From the IMG/VR virus record IMGVR_UViG_3300029989_000005: 64,000 bases of DNA; one strand, written 5' to 3'. The translations under genes and the position numbers were made by a program. Under the pieces are notes generated by a model. That model was not told the DNA's origin. It did no database searches and saw only the letters and a list, made by a program, of their open reading frames with translations. Below, piece after piece: positions 49,026 through 59,432 of the stretch; the stretch's first letter is position 1; the number at the start of each line of letters is the position of its first letter. The stretch is from a virus.

Positions 49026-51773
49026 TTAACCTTTTTCATTACCTGATCTCATGTTTGTTATTTTAATTTCAGAAAAATTATTATCCACAGTCATTTCTAT
49101 TTTATTATCAAAAAATGTAGGATTAATTAATGAATGATTTACCAAGAACACATCCATATTTAAACCATCTACTATTTCTTTTTTGGTTATTTCAAGTATT
49201 ATTGGTAACATTGAAACATGTAATGAAGAAAATATTTCATCAAGGAAAACAACATTAAGATTTGTGCATTTGTTTTTAATAAATTTGATTATTGTGATAA
49301 TGATTGAATAATCAATCATTTTGGATTGACCTAGAGATATCGTTCTGTATGAAACATCGTTCCCAAATCTGTATATAGCGGGTTTGAATTCATCATCAAA
49401 CTTTATAGCCAAAGGCAAATCAAATTGATTAAGTATACGATTAACGGATTGATTAATGTATGGTATAATTTTACCAATTATAAAGCTTTTTATTCCTTTG
49501 TCAGAAAGTGAGTATTCAATTAATTTTAAGAATAGCAATATTGTATTGGTGGTATTATATTCCTTTAAAATATTTTCAACCTGTTTATTGTATTCTATTA
49601 ATTTAACTTTCATTAAATCCTTATTGTTGGTTATAATTAGCTTATTATTGTTTATGGTTTGAAGATTTTGATTTATTTCGTTGTTAATTTCTTTATTCTC
49701 TTTAGCAACCATTTCAGATTTAAGTTCCAATTCTTTCAGTTTGATCTGAGCAGTATCTAATGAGTCAAATTTTGTTATGCATTGTTCAAATTGTGTTTCG
49801 TCATTGGATAAGCGATTTTTCAGGTTTTCTATATCTTTTTCTATATTTACTTTGCGTTCAGATTCAGATTCAATTAATTTTGAAATAGATTTCTCTTTAA
49901 GTTCTTTAAGTCTATTCTCTGTTGCGGCAACATTATTGTCAGTAATATCAACAAGACCATATTTAAGTTGGTTGATTTCAGTTGATTTGGTTTTATCAAA
50001 TTTATCAACCTCTCCTTGATATATTCTTTGTTTTGATGTGGTTTCGTTATATTCTTTGCTTATATTATCAAGTTCTTGTTTTTTAACATCAATGTTTTCA
50101 GATACCTCAGAAATTTTTACTTTCATATTAGCAAGCATTTCATCATCTTTACCAAATTTTATCATATTTTCAGTTACCAAATATGTATTAAGCAGCTTAT
50201 ACCAATTTGTGAGTGTTTCAATTACCTCGTCTGTTGTTATGCTAGCAAGTTGCGTATTAAAGATAATTTCTGATACAGGATTAAAATTTGATTTAAGTTT
50301 TAATTTAAATTCAATCATTTTTCTTTTGGCTGTATCTATATCAGTACCAACTTTAACAATCGTTTCATTCTTAACTTTCAATGAATCTTTTAAAATAGGA
50401 AGCTCCCTACCAAATTTCTCATTAAGCTCCTCAAGTTCAATTATTTTATGCTGATGATCAACATCCTCGAATGAGGTTTCACAGGTTGGACACATACCCG
50501 ATTTATAAAGACCTATAAGCCTTTCATTATTCTTTACGTTATCTGATTTTGAATTAATATTAATTTGCTCTTCATCACGCAAATTAATAAGTTCATCATA
50601 TTGCTTTGAAAGTTCATTTTTAAGGCTTAGCTCTCTTGTATATTGATTCCTTGTTTCTTTTATATTATTGAAATCCTCAATAGATTTTTCAATAATATTA
50701 TTGAAATCATTATACAATTTATTTTGTACTAAGAGATTATATTCATCCCGTATTTTTATAGCTTTTTTTGATTGTTCAGAAGACTTATAGTTGAGTTCTG
50801 ATAACAACGACAAGTAGTCATTATATTGCTTAAGAGAATTTTTCTTGTAATATGTCTGAATGTCTGAAATAATATTATCTATTTCTTCCGAATTCTTTTT
50901 TTCTGATTTTCTGAGGCTATCTATATTGACTTTAACTTTTTCAAGTTCAAGTTCCTCAGATTTTATAGCTATTTTTGCCTGTTCATTTGTAGAGTATTCA
51001 ATATATTTAAGAGCTATATCATATTCTTTTTGACATTCCTCTATACAAACAATTTTATTGTTGGATATTTCAGTTTTTATTTTATTTCCTTCTTCAAGTA
51101 TTTTTATTTCCTGTTCAAGCTCTGATATTCTTTCATCACTATCTAAACTATTTTTCAATTTTTCAATTTCGCTTTCTATGAAATCTTTTTTTATAGTATT
51201 TTCCGTTAACTTATCTACATATTTTTTGATTCCAACTTTATTCTGTTCATTCATTTCATTTAAAATATAGAACCCGAATATTCTGTCACGGATAAGTCTA
51301 GTGTCTTTGGCGGACATTGCTATAAAGCTTTTAAAATCAGCCATTGAAAGCGATACAATATTTGAAAATATATGGTATTCAATATCTAAAATATTTTCAT
51401 ATATATATTTTTTGGTTTCAGGTAGCTTGCCTGTATCCAAAATCACATTATCTTTTGTAATGATTATGGATTTCATGGATGATTTAGTGTAATTACTCTC
51501 AATAGACCACACACTATTAAACGATTCAAGTTCCACCTTGATATAACCATTACCATTTATATCATTTGAAATTTCTGATACGTTAATTGGAACTTTATCA
51601 AAATACATTCCTAATTTAAGGCAATTGATCAATGATGATTTGCCACTACCATTTTTACCCAACAATATGTTCATTGTTGGTTGGTTATTATTGGATAAAT
51701 TTTCAAAGTCAATAAATTGTTTGTTATTTCCAAACAACATTACATTCTGCAGGGTAAGTGATTTTATTTTCAT
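49026..51773 (-). CDS. Rad50/SbcC-like recombination ATPase (T4 gp46-like)
   Basis: GKNGSGKS, long coiled coil with CPTC hook, ISLGQ signature, FLDEIF, VNH. Confidence 0.92.
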   Translation of the reverse strand: MKIKSLTLQNVMLFGNNKQFIDFENLSNNNQPTMNILLGKNGSGKSSLINCLKLGMYFDKVPINVSEISNDINGNGYIKVELESFNSVWSIESNYTKSSMKSIIITKDNVILDTGKLPETKKYIYENILDIEYHIFSNIVSLSMADFKSFIAMSAKDTRLIRDRIFGFYILNEMNEQNKVGIKKYVDKLTENTIKKDFIESEIEKLKNSLDSDERISELEQEIKILEEGNKIKTEISNNKIVCIEECQKEYDIALKYIEYSTNEQAKIAIKSEELELEKVKVNIDSLRKSEKKNSEEIDNIISDIQTYYKKNSLKQYNDYLSLLSELNYKSSEQSKKAIKIRDEYNLLVQNKLYNDFNNIIEKSIEDFNNIKETRNQYTRELSLKNELSKQYDELINLRDEEQININSKSDNVKNNERLIGLYKSGMCPTCETSFEDVDHQHKIIELEELNEKFGRELPILKDSLKVKNETIVKVGTDIDTAKRKMIEFKLKLKSNFNPVSEIIFNTQLASITTDEVIETLTNWYKLLNTYLVTENMIKFGKDDEMLANMKVKISEVSENIDVKKQELDNISKEYNETTSKQRIYQGEVDKFDKTKSTEINQLKYGLVDITDNNVAATENRLKELKEKSISKLIESESERKVNIEKDIENLKNRLSNDETQFEQCITKFDSLDTAQIKLKELELKSEMVAKENKEINNEINQNLQTINNNKLIITNNKDLMKVKLIEYNKQVENILKEYNTTNTILLFLKLIEYSLSDKGIKSFIIGKIIPYINQSVNRILNQFDLPLAIKFDDEFKPAIYRFGNDVSYRTISLGQSKMIDYSIIITIIKFIKNKCTNLNVVFLDEIFSSLHVSMLPIILEITKKEIVDGLNMDVFLVNHSLINPTFFDNKIEMTVDNNFSEIKITNMRSGNEKG

Positions 51774-51883
51774 TTGATTTTATTTTTTCGTTTAGCCTTA
51801 TTCTTTCTACAGGTGTCTCTGTGCTTAATTTCCTGTTTACCTTCTTTGCTGTCTTTATATTCAACTAATTTATAAGCTTTCAT
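51770..51883 (-). CDS. small basic peptide (37 aa, not in ORF track)
   Basis: MKAYKLVEYKDSKEGKQEIKHRDTCRKNKAKRKNKIK; ATGA overlap with gp46; TATAAATA at 51910-51903. Confidence 0.45.
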   Translation of the reverse strand: MKAYKLVEYKDSKEGKQEIKHRDTCRKNKAKRKNKIK

Positions 51884-51934
51884 ATATCAATTTTCATTTT
51901 TATATTTATATTAGTCCTTAGTTGTCTAACACAG

Positions 51935-51964
51935 ATTAGGCTGTAGAAGTTTCTACAGCCTAAT
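51935..51964. terminator. hairpin / terminator
   Basis: attaggctgtagaa/ttctacagcctaat. Confidence 0.7.
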
Positions 51965-51982
51965 AAGTTTATGTAATATTTT

Positions 51983-52378
51983 TTACTTTACTTTATATAA
52001 TAAAAAATCAACAACGACATTGGTGACATTATTGTTGGTTATTTTTATATCACCACTTGTAAATACCAAGTGCTGTGCATTAAACACTTCTTGTGTGGGT
52101 TCAATTTTTTCCAATAATATTATTTTAGAATCTTTTATGAACATACAAACATTATCACATGACATTGTAATGGATGCATCAGGTTTTAATGTTATGGTTG
52201 ATTTGTCAACATTACCATCAACGTTTATTAAAAAATTACCCAAATAAATGGAGTTTCCTGATTGATTGTTGAATACCGATTCACCTAAAAATTCTACAGT
52301 GTTTATAGTCTGTAAAATTTTTTTGTCGTATTGAATCAATTCCTCAGGTGTTTCATTACCCGTTATCTCTTTTGCCAT
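51983..52378 (-). CDS. hypothetical beta-rich protein
   Basis: 131-aa ORF. Confidence 0.6.
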   Translation of the reverse strand: MAKEITGNETPEELIQYDKKILQTINTVEFLGESVFNNQSGNSIYLGNFLINVDGNVDKSTITLKPDASITMSCDNVCMFIKDSKIILLEKIEPTQEVFNAQHLVFTSGDIKITNNNVTNVVVDFLLYKVK

Positions 52379-52390
52379 ATCTGTATAAAA

Positions 52391-54400
52391 TTAAACTGAA
52401 TGTACTTCACAACTACCACCCGCACAAGCTGCCTCACGTGTTGTTTCCTTATTTATTGAAACGTTTACCAATGATAAATCAACTTTTTCGGGCATCATGG
52501 ACATCATATATTCATAGTGTGCTTCGTCTATTTTTTCAAATGGCATTTGCCTATAAGAATTATTAGTTTTAGGTAATAACGTTAATCCTGCACATTCAAA
52601 CCTGTTTTTCCAAATCCAATCGATTACCTCCTCTACATCTTCGTTATCAACATGTATCGTTGCTGAAACATTATTATAGGATTTACCAACTCTATGACCA
52701 TTACGTATCCAATTAACATTATATCTTTTTATACGTTCAAGAAGTTCAATAGGCGATTCCATTTCCGTAATACAGCCATCGGCACTTTTTAGAGGAAGAG
52801 AAAGCACCAATTTAGAGGAGTCCATTACATCATCCTCAATAAAATCAGGCATTATTGATTTTAAATATGCTGCAATAGGTTGATCTTTTTGTATCCTTAA
52901 TCTTCTAATATATCTATCAGAAAATGCTGAATGTACACCCGCACCAAATGCCTCAGCTACCAACGTTGTAGTACCCTCAGGTTTAATACATGTAACTCTA
53001 TCGGCTTTATTTATACCAATCAAATTGGCTACTCTTTCATTTTCATTTATTGCACATTTTGCAGCCCAACTTTCATCTAAATTATCAATTTTCCTACCCG
53101 CTATACCTGTAATTGAAACACCAAGAAGTGCTTGTCTTTGTGCTTTCTCTTTCCAAGAATATCTGATATAATGAAAATCAGTAAATCCCGCTTGTAAAGT
53201 TCCAAAAAAAGCAGACATCCTAGAACGGTTGTTGAAATCCTCTTGATCATCAATATCATAGGCGTTAATAGTAGTTAAATTACAGAACGATTCTGACTCA
53301 AAGACAATCTCACCACATGGATTTGAAAGTAAATCTTCGGAATTAGTAAATAAAATTCCTGGCTCTCCCGTTCCGTTTGATATTGATTTTCTCATTATAA
53401 TCTTAAATTCATCTTCTGTAATATTATCATATGTTTCAGAAACTGAATTATTAGACATTGCTCTGTGTGGGTAAACATGATACCATTGAATCTGATTATG
53501 TCTTAACATTGCAATGTCATTAACACTATCAGATGGAAATTTTACTATATGAGTAAGATTATCTTTTGTAGTAATTTCATAAACGTTATAACCATCGTCA
53601 CCTGTAAGTATCATTTTATGTGATTTGAATTGTACAATACCCTTGGCATTAATTATATCCAAATCATCTTTATCAGCAAATATTATAATAGCTGCAGAAC
53701 GTATTCCACCCGAAACAACAGCACCCGCAATAATAGTTATAATGTCCAAGCATTCTATTGATGTTAGCTGTCTTCCTATTGCATTTTTAAGTATTTTGTC
53801 AATTTCCCTTATAGCTTGCTTTAATCTTGAACTACCAGGAGCTAAACATTGCAATTTTTTAATTTCAGTACCTTTTTTACGTATGTCTGAAAAATCAAAT
53901 GTAGGATAATTTGTGCCCCTAAAATAAGAATACACCAACATACGAATTGCATCAGCCCAACCCTCTATATTGTCAGAAATTCTGAATTTTTTTGCTTGTG
54001 CAGGTTGTATTACAGGTGGTAATTTACTTATACACCTTTTCTTTAATGAAACACCAACACCACAACCCGAAAGTGATAAAAACATTACCTCTGAAAAGAC
54101 TTTAATATCATCAAGTTCTATGCCCGAACAATTATACATTCTAGCGTGATTGTTTTCTATGGGAATACCAGCATATTGTAATGCCCGCATAGACGGAAAT
54201 ACCTTTTTATTTTTGATGTATTCTCCATTTGTAAGTATTTCATCTTCAATATGTGGGTATTTGCGTACCATCATTTTTAGGTATTCATCAACTATTTCAT
54301 CCCAATTCATTTTTCTTTTAGTTCCATCTACATTTTCGGTTGTTCTAGAATATTTTGTGAAAACAACAATATCTGATAATAATTTGTCGGGGTTAATCAT
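52391..54400 (-). CDS. nrdJ: class II (B12-dependent) ribonucleotide reductase, monomeric RTPR type
   Basis: PSMR, YNCS, GCGVG, VVSGGIRSA, GEPG, NPCGEI, FCNL, TCIKPEGT, C-terminal CAGGSCE. Confidence 0.92.
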   Translation of the reverse strand: MINPDKLLSDIVVFTKYSRTTENVDGTKRKMNWDEIVDEYLKMMVRKYPHIEDEILTNGEYIKNKKVFPSMRALQYAGIPIENNHARMYNCSGIELDDIKVFSEVMFLSLSGCGVGVSLKKRCISKLPPVIQPAQAKKFRISDNIEGWADAIRMLVYSYFRGTNYPTFDFSDIRKKGTEIKKLQCLAPGSSRLKQAIREIDKILKNAIGRQLTSIECLDIITIIAGAVVSGGIRSAAIIIFADKDDLDIINAKGIVQFKSHKMILTGDDGYNVYEITTKDNLTHIVKFPSDSVNDIAMLRHNQIQWYHVYPHRAMSNNSVSETYDNITEDEFKIIMRKSISNGTGEPGILFTNSEDLLSNPCGEIVFESESFCNLTTINAYDIDDQEDFNNRSRMSAFFGTLQAGFTDFHYIRYSWKEKAQRQALLGVSITGIAGRKIDNLDESWAAKCAINENERVANLIGINKADRVTCIKPEGTTTLVAEAFGAGVHSAFSDRYIRRLRIQKDQPIAAYLKSIMPDFIEDDVMDSSKLVLSLPLKSADGCITEMESPIELLERIKRYNVNWIRNGHRVGKSYNNVSATIHVDNEDVEEVIDWIWKNRFECAGLTLLPKTNNSYRQMPFEKIDEAHYEYMMSMMPEKVDLSLVNVSINKETTREAACAGGSCEVHSV

Positions 54401-54762
54401 TTGTTTAAAAATTTAAAATTAGCTTATTAATATTTTTTAATTTACAGAGTTCAGGTTATTTACATATTATAGAAAGTATCAGCTAATAAGTTTTTTGATA
54501 TTCCAAATGCATTGTTTCATATACCTATTAAAATTTGTTACTCATTGGTCAGTTCAATATATTATCATGTACCTAAAAGCCTTTTTCACTTTATATTTTG
54601 TAATAGTATACATTATCAAAAGTAGTTGTATTTAATATATTAGTTGTATATTTGTTATTATATGGTCAATTTAATTTGAAAATATAGGTATGATTGGAAT
54701 ATTAATAATAGTGTGGATGTTTTTACTGAAAAATATAAATAAACAGGAACACAAATAAAAAT

Positions 54763-56511
54763 ATGAGTATAATATCAATACCAAGAAGTTATATAGTAAA
54801 CAAAGATTTGGAGGATGATCTGTTTATATTCATATTAAGACTCAAAGCTGAATTCGAAAGTGGTATATTTTCAATTTACGATTTGCCGAGACTTCAATCA
54901 AAATTACAATACAATCAACCTACACTATTAAAACTAATAAACAAAGCATTTGATTATCATTTTTTATCAAAGAATCAGATGATAGATGATTATAGCATGA
55001 TAGATGATTATAGGTCTGTTATGATTGATTATGTAAAGCCTTTTTTAATTTCTTATAACTTATCAAGCGGAGATGATATATTAATTTTAAATGATTTTTT
55101 AACAAAATATAGCTCAATAGCTTTCAACATATCAAATTATAAAGAATTTTTACATAATTCTTTTTGTGTTGCTAAAGTAATATTGAAAAGACATACTAGA
55201 GCTAGCCTATATTTGAATACGTTTGATAAGTTATCACAAAAATCTTTCTCGTTAGAAACGGATTATAAATCTTTACAAACAATTTTACAATCCGTTGAGA
55301 ATTTAATGCTTTATCTTAAATCAGATATAGTATTAAAACGTAAAATGTCGTTCTTAGAGCCATACATAAAGAAACAATTTAACATATTATTATCAACATT
55401 CGATAATATGAATGTTGATAATTTCGGTGAGTACAGGAATAAAAATATCGAAAGGAAAAACATACAAAAAATAAACAGGTACAAAATTTTTAGGGTATCA
55501 AACAAAAAATTTTGTGATAAGTTATCAAAATTCAACAATCTAAAAAGCATGTTGAGCTTTGATAACAATATGACTATAAAAATAAATTCCTTTAGACCAA
55601 ATATAAGCCAATTAAAAGATAGAATACCAACACAGGAACACAATAAGCAAACTATAAATCAGTATGAATGGTTACAGTTATCAAATTATTCAATAGTAAA
55701 GGATTTATTGATAACACCCGAAATAAGCTACAAGCTTGATTTAGATTTTATAAAATCAAACCCATACCATTCAATAAAACGAAAATTAGCTGAAACTAGA
55801 ATAATGTACGCTGTACAACATGAAAATAAAAGTATATCTTATACAGAACTTTCATCGTGTTGTAAATTAAGTAGATCAAAAACTGTTGATTTAATAAATG
55901 AAATGGTTAAGTCAAAATTGATATTTAAAAATCACTTTGACAGTATATTGGTTGAAGAAAATGTTAAATCATTTATTAAACCTAGAGGAAATTATTATAT
56001 ACACAACAATAATCTTTATCTTAAGCCGAAAAATGAATATGATATATTAAATCATGTTAGTACAACTTGGCAAATAGGTAAAAAAATAAAAAAGAAATAC
56101 GGAAACAATAAATTGTTAAACATTTCTCTATTAGGTAATCCTTTCAAAGAGTTAAAGGAAAAATTACAAAAATTACAAAAATTAGGGAACAGGATAGAAC
56201 ATTTTAAAGTTAGATTTAACAATAGAACATGTTATATTTATGTAAATTTCAAAGATGTTCATTTTGAGGTGTATAAATCCACAAAGAATACATATTACAG
56301 AAATTTCATAAATGGAACACATGTAGAAGATTACATGTTATACAAATTTCTTGGCAAAAGTTCAGTTACGATAATGTACAGTACGAAAGATTGCGAGTCA
56401 GTAAGGTCTGAAAATAGTCAAGAAATTTTTATATCAAAGTTTTTTAATAAAAAGAGCGGAACTAATTTCTTACAAAATAATGTAGGATTTGATTTGCTTT
56501 TCAATAAATAG
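54763..56511 (+). CDS. large basic hypothetical protein with HTH-like segment (possible origin-binding/initiator)
   Basis: 582 aa; ISYTELSSCCKLSRSKTVDLINEMVKSKLI; flanked by long non-coding regions at the strand switch. Confidence 0.55.
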   Translation: MSIISIPRSYIVNKDLEDDLFIFILRLKAEFESGIFSIYDLPRLQSKLQYNQPTLLKLINKAFDYHFLSKNQMIDDYSMIDDYRSVMIDYVKPFLISYNLSSGDDILILNDFLTKYSSIAFNISNYKEFLHNSFCVAKVILKRHTRASLYLNTFDKLSQKSFSLETDYKSLQTILQSVENLMLYLKSDIVLKRKMSFLEPYIKKQFNILLSTFDNMNVDNFGEYRNKNIERKNIQKINRYKIFRVSNKKFCDKLSKFNNLKSMLSFDNNMTIKINSFRPNISQLKDRIPTQEHNKQTINQYEWLQLSNYSIVKDLLITPEISYKLDLDFIKSNPYHSIKRKLAETRIMYAVQHENKSISYTELSSCCKLSRSKTVDLINEMVKSKLIFKNHFDSILVEENVKSFIKPRGNYYIHNNNLYLKPKNEYDILNHVSTTWQIGKKIKKKYGNNKLLNISLLGNPFKELKEKLQKLQKLGNRIEHFKVRFNNRTCYIYVNFKDVHFEVYKSTKNTYYRNFINGTHVEDYMLYKFLGKSSVTIMYSTKDCESVRSENSQEIFISKFFNKKSGTNFLQNNVGFDLLFNK

Positions 56512-56543
56512 GCAATAATTGTTTATTTAAATTTTTATTCCAT

Positions 56544-56559
56544 TGTTTCACGTGAAACA
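56544..56559. promoter_or_regulatory. parS: parS centromere-like site
   Basis: Exact TGTTTCACGTGAAACA consensus, inside a 28-bp perfect palindrome (56538-56565), intergenic. Confidence 0.8.
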
Positions 56560-56966
56560 ATGGAAAATTCATATATTTTTTGTAATATGAGTGAACACAA
56601 ATTCTATATCTGTATTCACATGTGATAACTGTTGACATAGATGACAGCACATTGACAGCAATCATTATAAGTTATATAACATCTAAATCAAATCACCAAT
56701 TGTATATGATTGGGGTAAAAATTAATAATACCTTCTTATGAACTATGCCTGCTTTGCAGTCACCACTTTGTTTAGTTCTTTTCGAAGATATCACTTCATT
56801 ACCCCAATCAACTGATTCATTTCATGAAGCAATAAGTGATTATGAAGTTGTTTTGCAAACGAAAACGATAAGATATGCTATGGATTGTATTGAAATAAGT
56901 AAAAATATTTAGAATATTGACATAAGCATCATGCACCGATGTAAATAATAAAATGAAGCATATTTT

Positions 56967-58592
56967 ATGAAGATCAACGAAATATTATACTCCGACTCAG
57001 AACTTATTATAAAGTTTGGTGAGATAAAATACAAAATATTAGATTTTACACATTCTATAATAAGTTACTATATTTCAATACCCGATATAAATATTTCCTA
57101 TTCTATTTCTAAAGATGACAGGACTTATACTGATTGGATAATGGTTGAAGACACAGATTGGTATAAATCATTCGAAAAGTTCCCATTTTTCCTTAAATTA
57201 AAATTATTATATTCATCCTCAGTAGAAAGCCAAATTACCATTGAGGAAATGACATTTATAACTGATAAACCAAAACCATATATAATAGCTCAGGGAGAAT
57301 CCATTCTTTTATCGGGTGTTTCGGAAGATAATATGCTTGATTATGCTGAAATGGGTGAGGGATTAGTTAAATTGGAAACAGACCTTAATTACTTCCTTAA
57401 CAAACATAATGGTATACAAGCTATGTATTTCCATACTAATCCTGATATGTCTACAAAGGATGATTTCTTAAAAGAATATTCATTATACAATCTTGTTTCT
57501 AGTAAGTTAATAAAGGTTGTTGCAACAGATAATAAAACCCCTATACCAAAACATGAATTTTCTCAATGGGGAATCGAATTCGAAAAACTTGAAATATACA
57601 TTGAGAAAACATATTTTGAGGAAATGTTTGGTGTTAATGAAAATCCACGTAGTTACGATTACATTTACTTCAAGCAATTAAACAGGATGTATTATATAGA
57701 GGATAACTATCTTGAACATGGTATAAATGAGGTTGGTAATTTTAATGTTTGTGTTCTAAAGAAGTACCAAGATATTTCCGCTATTGAAAAAGATGAAGAT
57801 TCATTGGATTTCCTTAAGGAACATATAGAGGTACAAGGCTACACAGAACAGCAGAAAATGGAAATGATTGACGGTACAAATTATCAGCAGAATATAGAGA
57901 AAGATGTTGTATATGATAATGTTAGAGAATTGGTATCCAAAAAAGTAGTAATATCAGATGATGATTTCAAATATAATTCATCGCTAATAAGCAGCCATTT
58001 TTACGACATGACGGCTGTAACATCACAGGTTATATACAAACCAAAAGTATTTTTGGACTCAAATGGTGGTATATCTATCATGTTTTGGATTAAACCTGTA
58101 ATATTAAATGTTGGGAAACGTAACGAAAGTAAACTATCTTGTAAATTATTATCAATAGGAAATAATTTTGAGCTATATATTAATGATAATACAAAAGATT
58201 TTAACTTAGAAATACCTCAGGATTATAATGGCTCTGTTTGCTGCGTGATATCCATTAACAATCAATTCAAAACCATATCAAAATTCATATATGGTATTAC
58301 AGCCAACGGATTACAAAGGATTGATTATACCAACAATACCATACAAAACGAAATCTTATTCACAAATAGCATAGTTCAATTATATGAAGGTAACTATTAT
58401 ATAAGGTGTATAAGATTAAGTAATTATGTAATACAAGAGCAATTTCATCAATATATAATGCTAACAAAAAATGTCAAGAAAGCATCAGCATTTACCATTA
58501 TTGATGATTGTGAACCAATTACAAACTTAAGGAAAATTAAAAAATCTTCATTCCCTGAACTTAATAAAGAAACCTTTGGTGATGTAATATAA
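56967..58592 (+). CDS. neck/head-closure protein (T4 gp14-like core) with extra domains
   Basis: FSQWGIEFE.LEIYI....FEEMFG...PRSYDYIYFKQLNRMYYI resembles gp14 FSKFG...P.EGDLIYFP..N.LFEI. Confidence 0.55.
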   Translation: MKINEILYSDSELIIKFGEIKYKILDFTHSIISYYISIPDINISYSISKDDRTYTDWIMVEDTDWYKSFEKFPFFLKLKLLYSSSVESQITIEEMTFITDKPKPYIIAQGESILLSGVSEDNMLDYAEMGEGLVKLETDLNYFLNKHNGIQAMYFHTNPDMSTKDDFLKEYSLYNLVSSKLIKVVATDNKTPIPKHEFSQWGIEFEKLEIYIEKTYFEEMFGVNENPRSYDYIYFKQLNRMYYIEDNYLEHGINEVGNFNVCVLKKYQDISAIEKDEDSLDFLKEHIEVQGYTEQQKMEMIDGTNYQQNIEKDVVYDNVRELVSKKVVISDDDFKYNSSLISSHFYDMTAVTSQVIYKPKVFLDSNGGISIMFWIKPVILNVGKRNESKLSCKLLSIGNNFELYINDNTKDFNLEIPQDYNGSVCCVISINNQFKTISKFIYGITANGLQRIDYTNNTIQNEILFTNSIVQLYEGNYYIRCIRLSNYVIQEQFHQYIMLTKNVKKASAFTIIDDCEPITNLRKIKKSSFPELNKETFGDVI

Positions 58593-58641
58593 TAAAACGA
58601 TATATTCCTTAATTTACGGGATATATTTCCCTTATATTCTA

Positions 58642-59034
58642 ATGTATGTAAACATATTAAAACAATATAAAATGAAAAAATTATCAAGAAACGTAATTAT
58701 ATTAATTATATTAAGTACCGTGTTAAGTACCGTACTTATTATCATGTCAACAATGTATTTTAGAACCTCTTCTACTCTTAAAGATAGTAATGCTTTTATT
58801 AAGGATAAGGAATCTGAAATATCCGTTAGAAATGTTATTATCAAGAAATTTGAATCTGTTAATGACAGCATTATCAATTCAAATAAAATATTGACTCTTC
58901 GAATTGATAGCCTAAAATTGGTAAAGCACAATATATACATTACTCCAACCAAACAAATATCTGATACACCTGAACAGGCATACAAAGAAATGATTAAAGA
59001 ACTTAATAAATACAGAGATGAAAAAAGTAAGTAA
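58642..59034 (+). CDS. N-terminal TM coiled-coil protein (possible spanin-like lysis component)
   Basis: TM segment VIILIILSTVLSTVLIIMSTMYF; overlaps next gene. Confidence 0.5.
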   Translation: MYVNILKQYKMKKLSRNVIILIILSTVLSTVLIIMSTMYFRTSSTLKDSNAFIKDKESEISVRNVIIKKFESVNDSIINSNKILTLRIDSLKLVKHNIYITPTKQISDTPEQAYKEMIKELNKYRDEKSK

Positions 59035-59431
59035 ATTTATAATGCTTTCAGTGATAATAATATTATCTCAGTCAGCATTATCTCAGTCAAGGAATTGTGA
59101 CAGCATAAAAAATGTTAAGTTAACAATTTGTGATATGGATGACATTACAACAGTTTTCCGTGACAGAAGTAAGTTTATAAAATTGAACTCAGTGAATGAT
59201 TCAATATTTGTTAATGATTCAACTTTGATTTCCAATTATAAGAGAGAAATCAAAAACGATTCAGAAATAATATTGAACTTAAAGAAAAATAGTGTAGATG
59301 ATAATCTTATAATAGACAATCAGAAAACTGTGATTAAATCTGAGCAAAAGAAAACTTTGTTTTGGAAATCAACAACCTATATAAGCGGTGTTGCCGCTAC
59401 TGTTTTTTTAATTCTTACTTTATTAAAATAA
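59018..59431 (+). CDS. signal-peptide + C-terminal TM protein
   Basis: Hydrophobic segments at both termini. Confidence 0.55.
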   Translation: MKKVSKFIMLSVIIILSQSALSQSRNCDSIKNVKLTICDMDDITTVFRDRSKFIKLNSVNDSIFVNDSTLISNYKREIKNDSEIILNLKKNSVDDNLIIDNQKTVIKSEQKKTLFWKSTTYISGVAATVFLILTLLK

Positions 59432-59432
59432 A

